A DNA stretch of 64,000 nt from a virus: IMG/VR virus record IMGVR_UViG_3300013126_000010, positions 32,001 through 96,000 of that record; one strand, given 5' to 3'. The notes beneath the pieces are model-generated. The model was given only the letters and a program-made list of their open reading frames with translations. It was not told the DNA's origin and did not search any database. The position numbers were made by a program, and so were the translations under genes. Shown here piece by piece: positions 21,495-31,923 of the stretch (position 1 is the first letter of the stretch; each line of letters begins with the position of its first letter).

Positions 21495-22997
21495 ATGACA
21501 CGAATTTGGGATTTAGAAGCAGTCGCAGATGATGAGATTCCGTCATCTGCTGCTGTATCAATTATAAGTGATGGTACTCTTACCAAAAAAATATCAGTAG
21601 CTAATATGAAACGCATATTAGTACCGACTGCATCGTCTACCGAGTTAGGAAAGATTAGGGTTGGTCCTGGATTAGAAATAGATGCCAATGGTACTTTATC
21701 TGTTATTCAGGTTGGTGGATATTCATTACCTATGGCAACATCCACCCATCTTGGTGGTATAAAAGTTGGAGCGAATTTAACAATAGACTCAAATGGTGTA
21801 TTAGATACTTTATATCCATTAACACTTGCATCAACTAATTCATATGGTGTAATTAAAGTTGGTAATAACATAAATGTTGATATTGATGGTGTTATTTCAG
21901 TTACATGGCCTGATTTTTCAATTTATCCAGACACTGGTATAAAAATAGGTTCCAGTACTGATATTAAAATTAGAGTTGATGCTGGAACAAAACCAGTAAT
22001 TGAATCATTGGTGAATGGTAAACTTAATATTGCCATCAATGATTCAAGTGATAATGTAGAGATTGGTTTCATAAATAGTTTGTTATCATCTTCTATTGGT
22101 GGTGATAATTTACCAGCATTTGTACCAGACCAATCAGGAAAATTAGTTAATCTAGGAACAAGTATATTAAAATGGAATTCAGTTCATGCTACCAGTCTAT
22201 ACGGTAATTTGGTAGGCAACGCATCACAAGCTGATTCGTTACTGGTTGGCACTAATTATAGAAATGCAAGTGTTACTGCGGTTCCTGATACCATTGTTGC
22301 AAGAGATAGTAATGCTGATGTATTTGCAACAACATTTCACGGTGATGTAGATGGTAACTCGTCAAGTTCTGATTCACTTAAAGTTGGTACGTTATATCAG
22401 GTTGCCGACATATCTTCTACACCTGATACCATAGTGTCACGTGATTTTGATGGTAACATTAATGCCAATAGATTAAATGGTATTGCAACAGATGCTGATA
22501 ATTTATTATTTAATGGTGTTTATAGGTCAGCAGCGGTTGATGCAACCAATAATACTGTTGCGGTCAGAGATAATAACGGTGATTTACATGCAACATACTT
22601 TCATGGAATAGCAGTACAGGCACAGTTTGCTGATTTAGCCGAAAAATATCAATCAGACAATAATTATGATATTGGAACAGTGGTTGTATTTGGTGGTGAT
22701 GAAGAGATAACAGTTACTAATAAAAAAGGTGATCATCGAGTTGCTGGAGTTATCTCCGGTGAACCAGCATATTTAATGAATGTTGACTCAACCGGACAAG
22801 CAGTTGCATTGCGTGGTAAAGTCCCGGTGAAAGTTTTAGGAAAAGTCTCCAAAGGAGATTTATTAATCACTAGTGCAATACCAGGATATGCAATGAGTGT
22901 TGGTGGGGATATGTCATTTGGACATGCTATTTTTGCAAAAAGCATTGCAAATAAAACAGATTATGATAATGGTATGGTTATAGCCGTAATTTTATAA
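21495..22997 (+). CDS. tail fibre/structural protein with head-fibre-like GGIKVG repeats and C-terminal ADLAEKY domain
   Basis: Repeats ASSTELGKIRVG / ATSTHLGGIKVG / ASTNSYGVIKVG; three repeats of the T(I/V)(V/A)xRDxxG/A type; C-terminal AQFADLAEKY...GTVVVFGG. Confidence 0.65.
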   Translation: MTRIWDLEAVADDEIPSSAAVSIISDGTLTKKISVANMKRILVPTASSTELGKIRVGPGLEIDANGTLSVIQVGGYSLPMATSTHLGGIKVGANLTIDSNGVLDTLYPLTLASTNSYGVIKVGNNINVDIDGVISVTWPDFSIYPDTGIKIGSSTDIKIRVDAGTKPVIESLVNGKLNIAINDSSDNVEIGFINSLLSSSIGGDNLPAFVPDQSGKLVNLGTSILKWNSVHATSLYGNLVGNASQADSLLVGTNYRNASVTAVPDTIVARDSNADVFATTFHGDVDGNSSSSDSLKVGTLYQVADISSTPDTIVSRDFDGNINANRLNGIATDADNLLFNGVYRSAAVDATNNTVAVRDNNGDLHATYFHGIAVQAQFADLAEKYQSDNNYDIGTVVVFGGDEEITVTNKKGDHRVAGVISGEPAYLMNVDSTGQAVALRGKVPVKVLGKVSKGDLLITSAIPGYAMSVGGDMSFGHAIFAKSIANKTDYDNGMVIAVIL

Positions 22998-23007
22998 GGG
23001 TAATTTC

Positions 23008-23613
23008 ATGGAATTTAAAGATTTATCAGGGTTGTCAGTGGAAGGACATATTAAAATATATGATCCAATCACATTAGAAGTATATGAAGACAAACGTAAC
23101 GCGATTCATTATGAATCATTTAGTATTGCATTAGCAGAATGCATAGGAAATACTGGGCAGGGATGGATATATCAAATGGCATTCGGTAATGGTGGAACAT
23201 ATGTAGATCCTACCGGGATTATTACATATTTAACACCAAACTCTACTGGTACAAATGCTGGATTATATAACCAAACATATTCAAAAATAGTAGATGACAG
23301 ATCTGTTTTAAATATAGATCCTATAAGAAATAAAGTTGAAACTAGACATGTCACCGGTAAAAATTATACTGACGTGTTTATTTCATGTTTGTTAGATTTT
23401 GGTGAACCAAATGGGCAACTTGCATTCGACAATACATCAAATAATAATTCAGATTTTGTATTTGATGAGTTGGGATTAATATCATATAACCCTAACGGCA
23501 ATGGAAGACTATTAACACATGTTATATTCCATCCAGTTCAAAAAGCATTGAACAGAGCAATTCAGGTGGATTACACTATTCGTGTACAATCTCTGTCAGG
23601 AGAAATAGTATAA
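23008..23613 (+). CDS. conserved virion structural protein
   Basis: VEGHIKIYD...KRNAIH and DELGL...LLTHVIFHPVQKALNRAIQVDYTIRVQ; located within the tail operon. Confidence 0.55.
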   Translation: MEFKDLSGLSVEGHIKIYDPITLEVYEDKRNAIHYESFSIALAECIGNTGQGWIYQMAFGNGGTYVDPTGIITYLTPNSTGTNAGLYNQTYSKIVDDRSVLNIDPIRNKVETRHVTGKNYTDVFISCLLDFGEPNGQLAFDNTSNNNSDFVFDELGLISYNPNGNGRLLTHVIFHPVQKALNRAIQVDYTIRVQSLSGEIV

Positions 23614-25238
23614 TGGCATATAATGTAAAACATTCAGACTCGGCAAACTATGGTGGATTGATAGTAGAAGATAAAACTATTAATGATGACACTAGTTTGT
23701 CATTAGTTGGTAGATATTATCCTGGATATTCCAAACCAATTTCAGAAAATTTTTTACACTTGTTAGAGAATTTTGCAAGTAATATTGCACCATTAAATCC
23801 TATTCGTGGGCAATTATGGTATGATACTGATTCTACTAGTGCAAGCCCAACACCAAAATTAATGATGTGGGATGGTGGTAAATGGGTCCCATCTGGTTCC
23901 ATAAATAGAGCATTTGATAGACCAACATCACCATCTTCTGGTGATTTATGGGTTAATCCAACAACCCATACCTTAGAAATGTATATTGGTAATAACATAT
24001 GGACTACATTTTTGACGGATATCACTGGTGGAACCGGAATAAAAATCATAACAGTGAATGATGGTTCTGCTGATCATGAATTATTAGTAGCTTATATTAA
24101 TGATATTGCAGTTGCAATTTTTAATGCAGATGATGAGTTTACACCAACCAACTGGAACAATATAGAATCATTTGTCGATATGCCTATCAAAAAAGGCATA
24201 AACATCCCTGATACATATCAATATAATGGCATTGCTGAACAAGCGGTTGCTCTTAAATATGGTACTAGTACAAAAACAATAAATGATTTGTTTATAAAAA
24301 ATGAACCAAATACTACATCAGGTACTATTACGGTAAATTCAGATAGTGGTATTACTGTAAATGATACAAACATATCTAAAACTATAAAAATTAAGATTGA
24401 TGATAGTTTAAATTATAATATTTTATCATCATCTTCTGATTTGTTGATATCATCAAATGATGCATCATCGTCTATAACAACGGTTTCATTATTGGCAAAT
24501 AGTGTTGATATCAATAAACCGGTTAATATAAATGGTTTACTAACTCCAACTTCTATTACAACTGGTGATATTAGTAGCACTACCGGTATTACATCAGCTG
24601 CATTCGTTGATGTTGGTTCTACAGTGTTTACCTCGGCTACTGGTATATTCCCAAAAACAACTGCTACGGCAATCGATTTAGGTGATCCAGCACGTAATTG
24701 GACAAACATTTATACTAAATCATTGTATGCTAATACGGTTGGTACACAGAATGTCACCGTGTACTATGGAAGTTTACATAATACGGTAACTTATAATAAC
24801 AATGAAATATTAAGTTCAGGGACTACCTTTACATTATCAACAGATTTAACTGGCACTTCAAGTGGAACTGGATCTAATATAACAATAGCTGCAATTTTAT
24901 CAGGCAATGTTATTTCAAATAAACCAGCAATCACTGCTATTGAAGCAACAGATAAAATGTTAGTTGAGTCAAGTGGATCATTGAAGTCAGTGACATTTGA
25001 AAATGTTATCAAATCTGCCAGCATAGTCGGTGAAGTGGTTGCATATGCTGGCAATACTGTCCCAGATAAATTTAAAGAATGTAATGGACTAGAACTTAGT
25101 AAAACAGCTTATCCAGAATTGTTTGCAGTCATTGGGACAACTTTTGGTGTACCATCAATATCTACTAATTTTAAGTTACCTAATATAACACAATTAACAA
25201 CTAATGTTAAGTATTACATTTATGCAGGGAAAAATTAA
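23613..25238 (+). CDS. tail fibre protein with C-terminal tail-collar domain
   Basis: N-terminal ENFLHLLENFAS...P..GQLWYD module. C-terminal VGEVVAYAGNTVPDKFKECNGLELSKTAYPELFAVIGTTFG is the phage tail collar motif. Confidence 0.8.
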   Translation: MAYNVKHSDSANYGGLIVEDKTINDDTSLSLVGRYYPGYSKPISENFLHLLENFASNIAPLNPIRGQLWYDTDSTSASPTPKLMMWDGGKWVPSGSINRAFDRPTSPSSGDLWVNPTTHTLEMYIGNNIWTTFLTDITGGTGIKIITVNDGSADHELLVAYINDIAVAIFNADDEFTPTNWNNIESFVDMPIKKGINIPDTYQYNGIAEQAVALKYGTSTKTINDLFIKNEPNTTSGTITVNSDSGITVNDTNISKTIKIKIDDSLNYNILSSSSDLLISSNDASSSITTVSLLANSVDINKPVNINGLLTPTSITTGDISSTTGITSAAFVDVGSTVFTSATGIFPKTTATAIDLGDPARNWTNIYTKSLYANTVGTQNVTVYYGSLHNTVTYNNNEILSSGTTFTLSTDLTGTSSGTGSNITIAAILSGNVISNKPAITAIEATDKMLVESSGSLKSVTFENVIKSASIVGEVVAYAGNTVPDKFKECNGLELSKTAYPELFAVIGTTFGVPSISTNFKLPNITQLTTNVKYYIYAGKN

Positions 25239-26188
25239 TGACTTATAGAATTAATAAATTTGATGGAACAGTATTAACCGATGTTGTTGACGGTACAATA
25301 GATCAGATTTCAACTGATTTGACTCTTGTTGGAAGCGATGTTTCTGGTTATGGTGAAATACTAAATGAAAATTTTATTCATCTATTGGAAAATTTCGCAA
25401 GCACAAAAGTACCACCAAATCCAATCGCTGGACAAATATGGTATGATTTAGCTGAATCTGTTTTAAAAGTATATAATGGAACTGAATTTATAAAAATATC
25501 TGGAACACTATTTGAGTCTGATAGCCCAACTGTTTATACAAATCCAGGAGATTTATGGATTAAATCAGATAAAGGACAATTATACTTCAATGATGGGGCA
25601 GGTATTAAATTGGCTGGACCAATATATGACAAAACTCAGGGGATGTCTGGCTTTCAAGTTGTAACTGTTGACAGTTATACAGTAGTATGTTTATGGATAT
25701 CGAACGTGTTGGTCGGTATATTAAGCAATGTTGAGTTTACACCAACTACTCCCATCTTTACTTATTCTGGTATTGTAAATGCAGGTATTACATTATTATA
25801 CCCTAATATTAGTAATACTACTGCAAACTTAACATTGAATGCAATAAATTTATATGAAGGTCAGCAACCAACTACGAATGTTACAATTTATAGTCACAAC
25901 AATAATTTTAAAGTTAGTGCACCAAGTGGTAATATAGATGCAGATGGTGCCAGAGTAATGAATGTAGGAGTACCTACTGAATTACATGATACAGTAACAG
26001 TTGAGTATAGTAAAATATATTATGCTACCACTCAGACAGTTGATTCTAATATTATATCAGAATTAGAAATTTTGGCACCACATGCGGAATACATTGCTGG
26101 AGTGCAAGCTCATGTATTATGTACGGCTATTCCAGAACGAAGAAAATATATAATTTCTAGCACTGGCTGGACTGGTCCAATTGTATAA
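25238..26188 (+). CDS. tail fibre/baseplate-attachment paralog
   Basis: Shares the N-terminal module (DLTLVG..SGYGEILNENFIHLLENFAS..P..GQIWYD) with its neighbours. Confidence 0.65.
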   Translation: MTYRINKFDGTVLTDVVDGTIDQISTDLTLVGSDVSGYGEILNENFIHLLENFASTKVPPNPIAGQIWYDLAESVLKVYNGTEFIKISGTLFESDSPTVYTNPGDLWIKSDKGQLYFNDGAGIKLAGPIYDKTQGMSGFQVVTVDSYTVVCLWISNVLVGILSNVEFTPTTPIFTYSGIVNAGITLLYPNISNTTANLTLNAINLYEGQQPTTNVTIYSHNNNFKVSAPSGNIDADGARVMNVGVPTELHDTVTVEYSKIYYATTQTVDSNIISELEILAPHAEYIAGVQAHVLCTAIPERRKYIISSTGWTGPIV

Positions 26189-26191
26189 ATA
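26184..26191 (+). promoter_or_regulatory. T4-type late promoter TATAAATA
   Basis: Exact T4 late consensus, 21 nt upstream of the ATG at 26213, with AGGA SD between. Confidence 0.55.
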
Positions 26192-26212
26192 CATTAATTA
26201 AAGGAATAAAAG

Positions 26213-27700
26213 ATGCCATACAGTATTAATAAATTTGATGGTACCACGGTAACAGTAGTAGAAGATGGTACATTAAATTCAACATTAGATATTAAATTAT
26301 TTGGTAGAGATTATCCAGGATATGGTGAAATTCAAAATGAAAATTTTGTATTCATGCTGGAAAATTTTGCTGGAACCACTCCACCACCACGTCCATTAAA
26401 CGGGCAGATATGGTACGATACATCAGCCAAGAGAATCAAATATTATGAGCAGGTAAGCCAAACCTGGAGGTCGTCAGGGGGCACCGAGGTTTCTGCTACA
26501 CCACCAGTCGGGTTGGCACTAGGTGACCTGTGGTGGGACTCTACTGAGCTTAAATTATATGTTAAAGGTGCATATGGGTTTACCTTAATTGGTCCACAAA
26601 GTGTTTATAATTTTGGACAAACACAATTGAAATCTCGTGGTGTTATCGACGAGTTCAACACAACTCATGCAGTCATTGAAACATGGACAGATGGTCAGAT
26701 TGTTAATGTTATCGCAAGTGATGCTTTCACATTACATTCATCAATAATTACTGAATATTCTGGAAGATTGACTTATATCAAAAAAGGATTGAATTTAGCA
26801 TTCACTGATGATAATGGAGTATCAACTGTATCAGATACAAGATATTGGGGGACAAGCAGTGATGCCGATAGACTTGGTGGACATTTGGCTAGTGATTATT
26901 TATTAGCATCTGGTGCACATTTTCAAGATGCAGGGTATTTTCTTGGCAATGACAATGATTTACACGTATACATGTCTGGAACAAATGCAGACATTTCGAC
27001 GCATTATCCAATAATTGAAAATACAGTATCAAATAAAATTGGATTCACTGTTCGTGATAATGCAACTGCAGTTACTCCATTATTAATCAATGGTTCAGAA
27101 GTTATCCCAGGAATCACTAATTCTGTAAACTTAGGATCATCGACTTATACATTTAACACGGTCTATGCAAATAACGTAATTGGAACTGCATCTGCAGCTG
27201 ATTCATTAAAAGTTTTAACATCTACTACATCAATCTATTCAGTTGCTACCACTGGTCCTACTATAAATTCAATAGCAGCTAGAGATTCCGATGGTAATCT
27301 ATCTGCTAATATATTTAATGGTGTCGCAACATCTGCTAGATTTGCAGACTTGGCAGAAAAATATATTCCTGATGCAGACTATGAAGTTGGTACCGTTGTT
27401 GTAATTGGTGGCGAAAAAGAGATCACTGCATCCAATTGGGTAGGACAACGTGCGATTGGTGTAATTTCTGGTAATCCTGCTTTTATGATGAATAGTGAAT
27501 TAGAAGATGGTGTTTATGTTGCTCTTAAAGGTAGAGTACCAGTGCGAGTTCATGGTCCGATAGGAAAAGGTGATCGGTTGATGGCATCTACTATTGGCGC
27601 AGCATCGAGATGCAATGAATTTTATGAAAATACATTTGCTATAGCATTAGAAAGTTCTGATGTAAGTGGTATTGTAACAATAGAAGCAGTGATATTATAA
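26213..27700 (+). CDS. tail fibre paralog (shared N-module plus ADLAEKY C-module)
   Basis: N-terminus resembles ORFs 23613 and 25238; C-terminus SARFADLAEKYIPDADYEVGTVVVIGG resembles ORF 21495. Confidence 0.65.
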   Translation: MPYSINKFDGTTVTVVEDGTLNSTLDIKLFGRDYPGYGEIQNENFVFMLENFAGTTPPPRPLNGQIWYDTSAKRIKYYEQVSQTWRSSGGTEVSATPPVGLALGDLWWDSTELKLYVKGAYGFTLIGPQSVYNFGQTQLKSRGVIDEFNTTHAVIETWTDGQIVNVIASDAFTLHSSIITEYSGRLTYIKKGLNLAFTDDNGVSTVSDTRYWGTSSDADRLGGHLASDYLLASGAHFQDAGYFLGNDNDLHVYMSGTNADISTHYPIIENTVSNKIGFTVRDNATAVTPLLINGSEVIPGITNSVNLGSSTYTFNTVYANNVIGTASAADSLKVLTSTTSIYSVATTGPTINSIAARDSDGNLSANIFNGVATSARFADLAEKYIPDADYEVGTVVVIGGEKEITASNWVGQRAIGVISGNPAFMMNSELEDGVYVALKGRVPVRVHGPIGKGDRLMASTIGAASRCNEFYENTFAIALESSDVSGIVTIEAVIL

Positions 27701-27710
27701 GGATAAATGA

Positions 27711-30278
27711 ATGGCATCTGGTCAAGGTCAAATAGTTCAAACCACAGATTTTAATACCTTTAGGCAGGATTTTTACAATGTTTTTGGTACCGGATCAAAT
27801 AATTCTGGATATGGTCAACCGGTGACTGCAATAAGTGGTGCGATTGGTGGATTAATATCATCGACAGTGTGGTCATCATTGCGGTTAGACATGATTAAAG
27901 CAAGGCAGCATCAAACTGGACTGACAATAGGTGCATTGGGATTACAAGATGGAAATAATTTGGTCCCCATTACACAATCAACTATTATCACAGATGACAT
28001 AAGAGCACAGTATAGTAATTTTTCAAATCTAGTAGTATCCAACAAAGATCAAGTACATGTAGGTCAGTTAACCAGAACATCTCTTTTGTCTGCATCAAGA
28101 ACAACTGCATGGAATTTAATACTTAATCAAACAATTACATTTTCTGCGCCAGCAACTGGGGACGGTACTAGAAATAATTTTAGATATTTTTTTAATACTG
28201 GTGGTAAATTATCGTTTGATTTTTCAAGAACTGGTGGCACATCTTCTGCTAAAAATACTTTTTGGTCCAATTTATTAACATCTATTGGAACATTATCATT
28301 TGGTAGCAATGGTTTTGAACGTGGAGCACCAAGCTTTGGAACTATTGGGGCTGGTGGTACTATTTCATCAATTAGTTTTTATGATTTATCATTGAACAAC
28401 ACACAATTATTTTCAATCACTGGTTCTGGTGCAGATACTGGATCGTATTTTAAAATATATGGAAGATATCAATCTGATAAATTAATTATTACGTTAGTAT
28501 GGAACGAGCCTAGTACAGCAACCACTGTTACCGGATCATTGAATTCAGTTGTGTCTATGCACACGGCATCTGGGGTTAATGTATCAGTATTACCGTTGAC
28601 TGCTGCTGATAGTGGAATATTAGGTGGAGTTGCAACACCACCTGCAGCAGTACTAACAACATCAAGTATACCTGCATCAATCAATGAAGGTGACAGCTTG
28701 AGTATTACTATTAGTTATAATGATTCTACCACCTCATCTATAAACTGGTTGTTAGTTGGTAGCGGAACAAAGCCAGCAGATTCTTCTGATATGACATCAG
28801 TAGTAAATTCCGGGACACTGACTCTTGATTCTTCTAAAAAAACAATACTAACATTACAACCATATAACGACATGATAACAGAGGGTGTTGAGAAATTTTA
28901 CATTAAATTCACTAATCCTGCCGGAGATGTATTAGGGAATACATCTGTTATAACGATCAATGATACTTCACCATATTTAATTACCACTGATAAAACAGAT
29001 TATAGAAATAATGATGTTATAAATTATACAATATCAACATCTGATAGAGGAATTGGGAATACAGTATATATTGGGGTTACTGGTGACGGAGTAGTGAATG
29101 GTATTGTTCCAACAACTGATATTACTGGATATATACCATCACCATTAGATTCTAAAACATTTACTACTACATCAGTGACTGGTTCATTCACTATTTCTCC
29201 TAACGCAGTAATGGATGGATGGTCAGTACCAGGAACATCGTTAACATATAAAGTTGGTTATATTTATATCACCGATGTTAGTGTTTCTGGTACAGTATTA
29301 ACAAAATCACCCGAATTTAATATAATCTCACCAGCAGCATCACCCGTTGTTGTTAATGCAACTCTATCTGAAAATTTAACTACGATGGTTACTGCTGTTA
29401 ATTTTTCTGGTAGTACCGTGAATACCAACAATGGTGTGGTATTATATGCAGTAATTACTGGTAAAGTAACTGAGAGTATTACTGGTTCGTTGACTCAACC
29501 AGTCACTGTAAATAATAATATGATATCTGGTCATTACGATGTTAATATAACAGCAATTGATAAACCGGGTGTAATTAGTATCAGGATAGTTCCTGATAAT
29601 CCAGCAACTGAAGTAGGCAGAACTGAATTATTCACTGTTAAAGGACATGGCACTGTTCTGTATAATAATACTGGAACATTTTCATTTGTTTCTCAGAGCA
29701 CGAGTGTTGAATTAACCTATCCGAATGAGATTGGCGAGTTGATAACTAAAACAGTACCAGTAGTATTTGGAAAATCATATAATGTTGGGATTGGGGATTT
29801 TGGTGTCCCTTCTAAATTCGATAATACGTTATTACAGAATACCGGGGTTGATAAATTAATATTCTCATATTACGGTAAAATTGATAGAACTGATTATTTT
29901 ACATTTAATATTCATAGCGTCACTGGTCAGTCATTTACCTCTACATCAGGTAAACAAGATGATCATGTGTTGGCTGCTAGTAATGTTGGCTTAACATTAC
30001 TAGAAGATAGAGAAAAGTCATCTGGGGATCTTAAATCCACAATTTCAATATACCCGTTTAAATCAGAAGTGATGCAATATACTCCTGCTGTTTCAGTATA
30101 TTTGTCTGAGTTTAAGGGAAGAGATGGAAAATCTAGATTTCATTTTTCAGTTAAGCCTGCTTCCTCAAATAATTATCAATTATCATGCTCTGCAGATGAT
30201 GACCCAAGTAGCGGCAATGATAATTATAGGTATAGTGTATCAGTGAAAATGGTGCAATTTATTAAAATTAGTTGGTAA
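27711..30278 (+). CDS. virion structural/fibre protein with Ig/Calx-beta-like domains
   Basis: Thr/Ser/Gly-rich; SINEGDSLSITI...ADSSD...DMITEGVEKFYI resembles Calx-beta-like repeats. Confidence 0.5.
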   Translation: MASGQGQIVQTTDFNTFRQDFYNVFGTGSNNSGYGQPVTAISGAIGGLISSTVWSSLRLDMIKARQHQTGLTIGALGLQDGNNLVPITQSTIITDDIRAQYSNFSNLVVSNKDQVHVGQLTRTSLLSASRTTAWNLILNQTITFSAPATGDGTRNNFRYFFNTGGKLSFDFSRTGGTSSAKNTFWSNLLTSIGTLSFGSNGFERGAPSFGTIGAGGTISSISFYDLSLNNTQLFSITGSGADTGSYFKIYGRYQSDKLIITLVWNEPSTATTVTGSLNSVVSMHTASGVNVSVLPLTAADSGILGGVATPPAAVLTTSSIPASINEGDSLSITISYNDSTTSSINWLLVGSGTKPADSSDMTSVVNSGTLTLDSSKKTILTLQPYNDMITEGVEKFYIKFTNPAGDVLGNTSVITINDTSPYLITTDKTDYRNNDVINYTISTSDRGIGNTVYIGVTGDGVVNGIVPTTDITGYIPSPLDSKTFTTTSVTGSFTISPNAVMDGWSVPGTSLTYKVGYIYITDVSVSGTVLTKSPEFNIISPAASPVVVNATLSENLTTMVTAVNFSGSTVNTNNGVVLYAVITGKVTESITGSLTQPVTVNNNMISGHYDVNITAIDKPGVISIRIVPDNPATEVGRTELFTVKGHGTVLYNNTGTFSFVSQSTSVELTYPNEIGELITKTVPVVFGKSYNVGIGDFGVPSKFDNTLLQNTGVDKLIFSYYGKIDRTDYFTFNIHSVTGQSFTSTSGKQDDHVLAASNVGLTLLEDREKSSGDLKSTISIYPFKSEVMQYTPAVSVYLSEFKGRDGKSRFHFSVKPASSNNYQLSCSADDDPSSGNDNYRYSVSVKMVQFIKISW

Positions 30279-30301
30279 AAAAGGGGCTGTACGCCCCTTT
30301 T
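30279..30301. terminator. bidirectional intrinsic terminator
   Basis: AAAAGGGGC-TGTAC-GCCCCTTTT between the convergent tail gene and thyA. Confidence 0.85.
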
Positions 30302-30302
30302 G

Positions 30303-31148
30303 TTATACAGCCATTGGTGCTTTAATAAATGGATGGTGTTGATAATTAATTAATTTAATATCGTCCATTGTAAAGTCAAATATATTTTTTATATCAGGGT
30401 TTAACCACAACGTTGGTAGCTCATATGGATCTCTTGATAATTGGGTAATACAATGTGACATATGATTATTGTATATATGCAAATCACCGAATGTATGAAT
30501 AAATTCACCAACTTGTAAATCACATACTTGTGCAATCATATGTGTCAATAATGCATATGATGCGATATTGTATGTAACACCAAGAAATAAATCAGCACTG
30601 CGTTGATATAATTGACATGATAATTTGCCATCTCCTACATAGAATTGAAATAATGCATGACATGGATTCAATGACATTTGATCCACTTCTCCTGGATTAT
30701 AGTTAACAACAATATGTCTTCTACTATCAGGATCTTTTTTAATACCATCCACTAATTCTTGTAGTTGATCTAATGTTGTACCATCTGGTCTAATCCATGA
30801 ACGCATCTGTGCACCATAAATTCTACCACAATCCCCATCAAATGTTGCTTTGCTAACCCAATTGGGGGCATAGGCATTGTTAGTCCATATAGTCGTGTAA
30901 CTTAGATCACGAGAACCATGTAAAATTTCACATAATTCTCGTTCATCGACTGATCCACGTAAAAACCATAACAATTCTGATTTTACATTGTCAAATAATA
31001 ATTTTTTGGTAGTAACTGCTGGAAATCCATCTGATAAATTAAATCTACATTGATACCCGAACACACTGCGTGTTCCAGTATTAGTTCTATCAGATTTATC
31101 TAACCCATTATTCATCACATGGGTTATCATATTTAAATATTGGTGCAT
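30303..31148 (-). CDS. thyA: thymidylate synthase
   Basis: DRTNTGTRSVFG, ELLWFLRG, catalytic LNPCH, YQRSADLFLGVTYNIASY (dUMP-specifying Asn retained). Confidence 0.97.
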   Translation of the reverse strand: MHQYLNMITHVMNNGLDKSDRTNTGTRSVFGYQCRFNLSDGFPAVTTKKLLFDNVKSELLWFLRGSVDERELCEILHGSRDLSYTTIWTNNAYAPNWVSKATFDGDCGRIYGAQMRSWIRPDGTTLDQLQELVDGIKKDPDSRRHIVVNYNPGEVDQMSLNPCHALFQFYVGDGKLSCQLYQRSADLFLGVTYNIASYALLTHMIAQVCDLQVGEFIHTFGDLHIYNNHMSHCITQLSRDPYELPTLWLNPDIKNIFDFTMDDIKLINYQHHPFIKAPMAV

Positions 31149-31624
31149 CGTTTATACTCCTCTATTACACATGTTTCCATATCATGAGATTGTTGTAATT
31201 CAAATTCTTCTAAGAACTCAGATAGATTGATGAAGGTATCATTAACATACTCACCTGGAATTCTGGTTAGATATATACAATCTATGACCGGTAATGCTTG
31301 CATTAATATATTTGGACCACCAATAACATAAATTTGCTCATGATTATGATAGTTTTGTAAATGGAGTAATAGATCACAAACATCCCCATGTGCTTGGAGA
31401 ATATCTTCATTATCTACAAATTTATTTGTAATTAATACATTTGTTCTATTTGGTAATGGGACTGGCATATCGGTACACTCCCATGTTTTTTTACCCATCA
31501 CTACAGTATTATTCTGTGTTTTGTTTTTAAACCACATTAAATCTTGTTTATTTCGTGGCCATGGCATACTACCTTGAAAACCCATTCCACCAGTTTCATC
31601 GACTGCGAATATAGCATAAATCAT
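31133..31624 (-). CDS. folA: dihydrofolate reductase
   Basis: IFAVDETGGMGFQGSMPWP..KQDLMWFK, VVMGKKTW, LPNRTNVLIT, YVIGG. Confidence 0.95.
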   Translation of the reverse strand: MIYAIFAVDETGGMGFQGSMPWPRNKQDLMWFKNKTQNNTVVMGKKTWECTDMPVPLPNRTNVLITNKFVDNEDILQAHGDVCDLLLHLQNYHNHEQIYVIGGPNILMQALPVIDCIYLTRIPGEYVNDTFINLSEFLEEFELQQSHDMETCVIEEYKRCTNI

Positions 31625-31923
31625 AGATTATAGTGTGTTAAAAATTTGTTGGTTGAGTTTGATATATCATCTTTTATTTGTTCTAGATCAATATTGTATG
31701 AGACAGTTTTGACTTTATCCTTGTATTTTAATAAAAATTCATGTAAAGTTTCTTCCCAATAATTATCTTGTTTATCAATGGGGACTTCAAAGTTTTTATT
31801 ATTTTTAAATATTACAGACACTGATGCAATGTATTTTGATGGAAGCATGGGTTTTGAAGTTACCATGATCCCATCAAATATTTCATACCAGTATTCTTCA
31901 TTCAATACTGGATAATTTATCAT
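31621..31923 (-). CDS. hypothetical protein
   Basis: 100-aa ORF with 4-nt overlaps to both neighbours (operon coupling). Confidence 0.6.
   Translation of the reverse strand: MINYPVLNEEYWYEIFDGIMVTSKPMLPSKYIASVSVIFKNNKNFEVPIDKQDNYWEETLHEFLLKYKDKVKTVSYNIDLEQIKDDISNSTNKFLTHYNL

Noticed and set aside
824-28684. Many 60-150 aa ORFs antisense to or nested in the structural genes
   Set aside because: They are shadows of long, codon-biased real genes, with no SD, no motifs and composition typical of reverse frames.
30303-31148. thyA as a dCMP hydroxymethylase (modified-base pathway)
   Set aside because: It retains the Asn (VTYNIASY) that specifies dUMP and sits beside DHFR; no glycosyltransferase or other modification genes are visible in the window.
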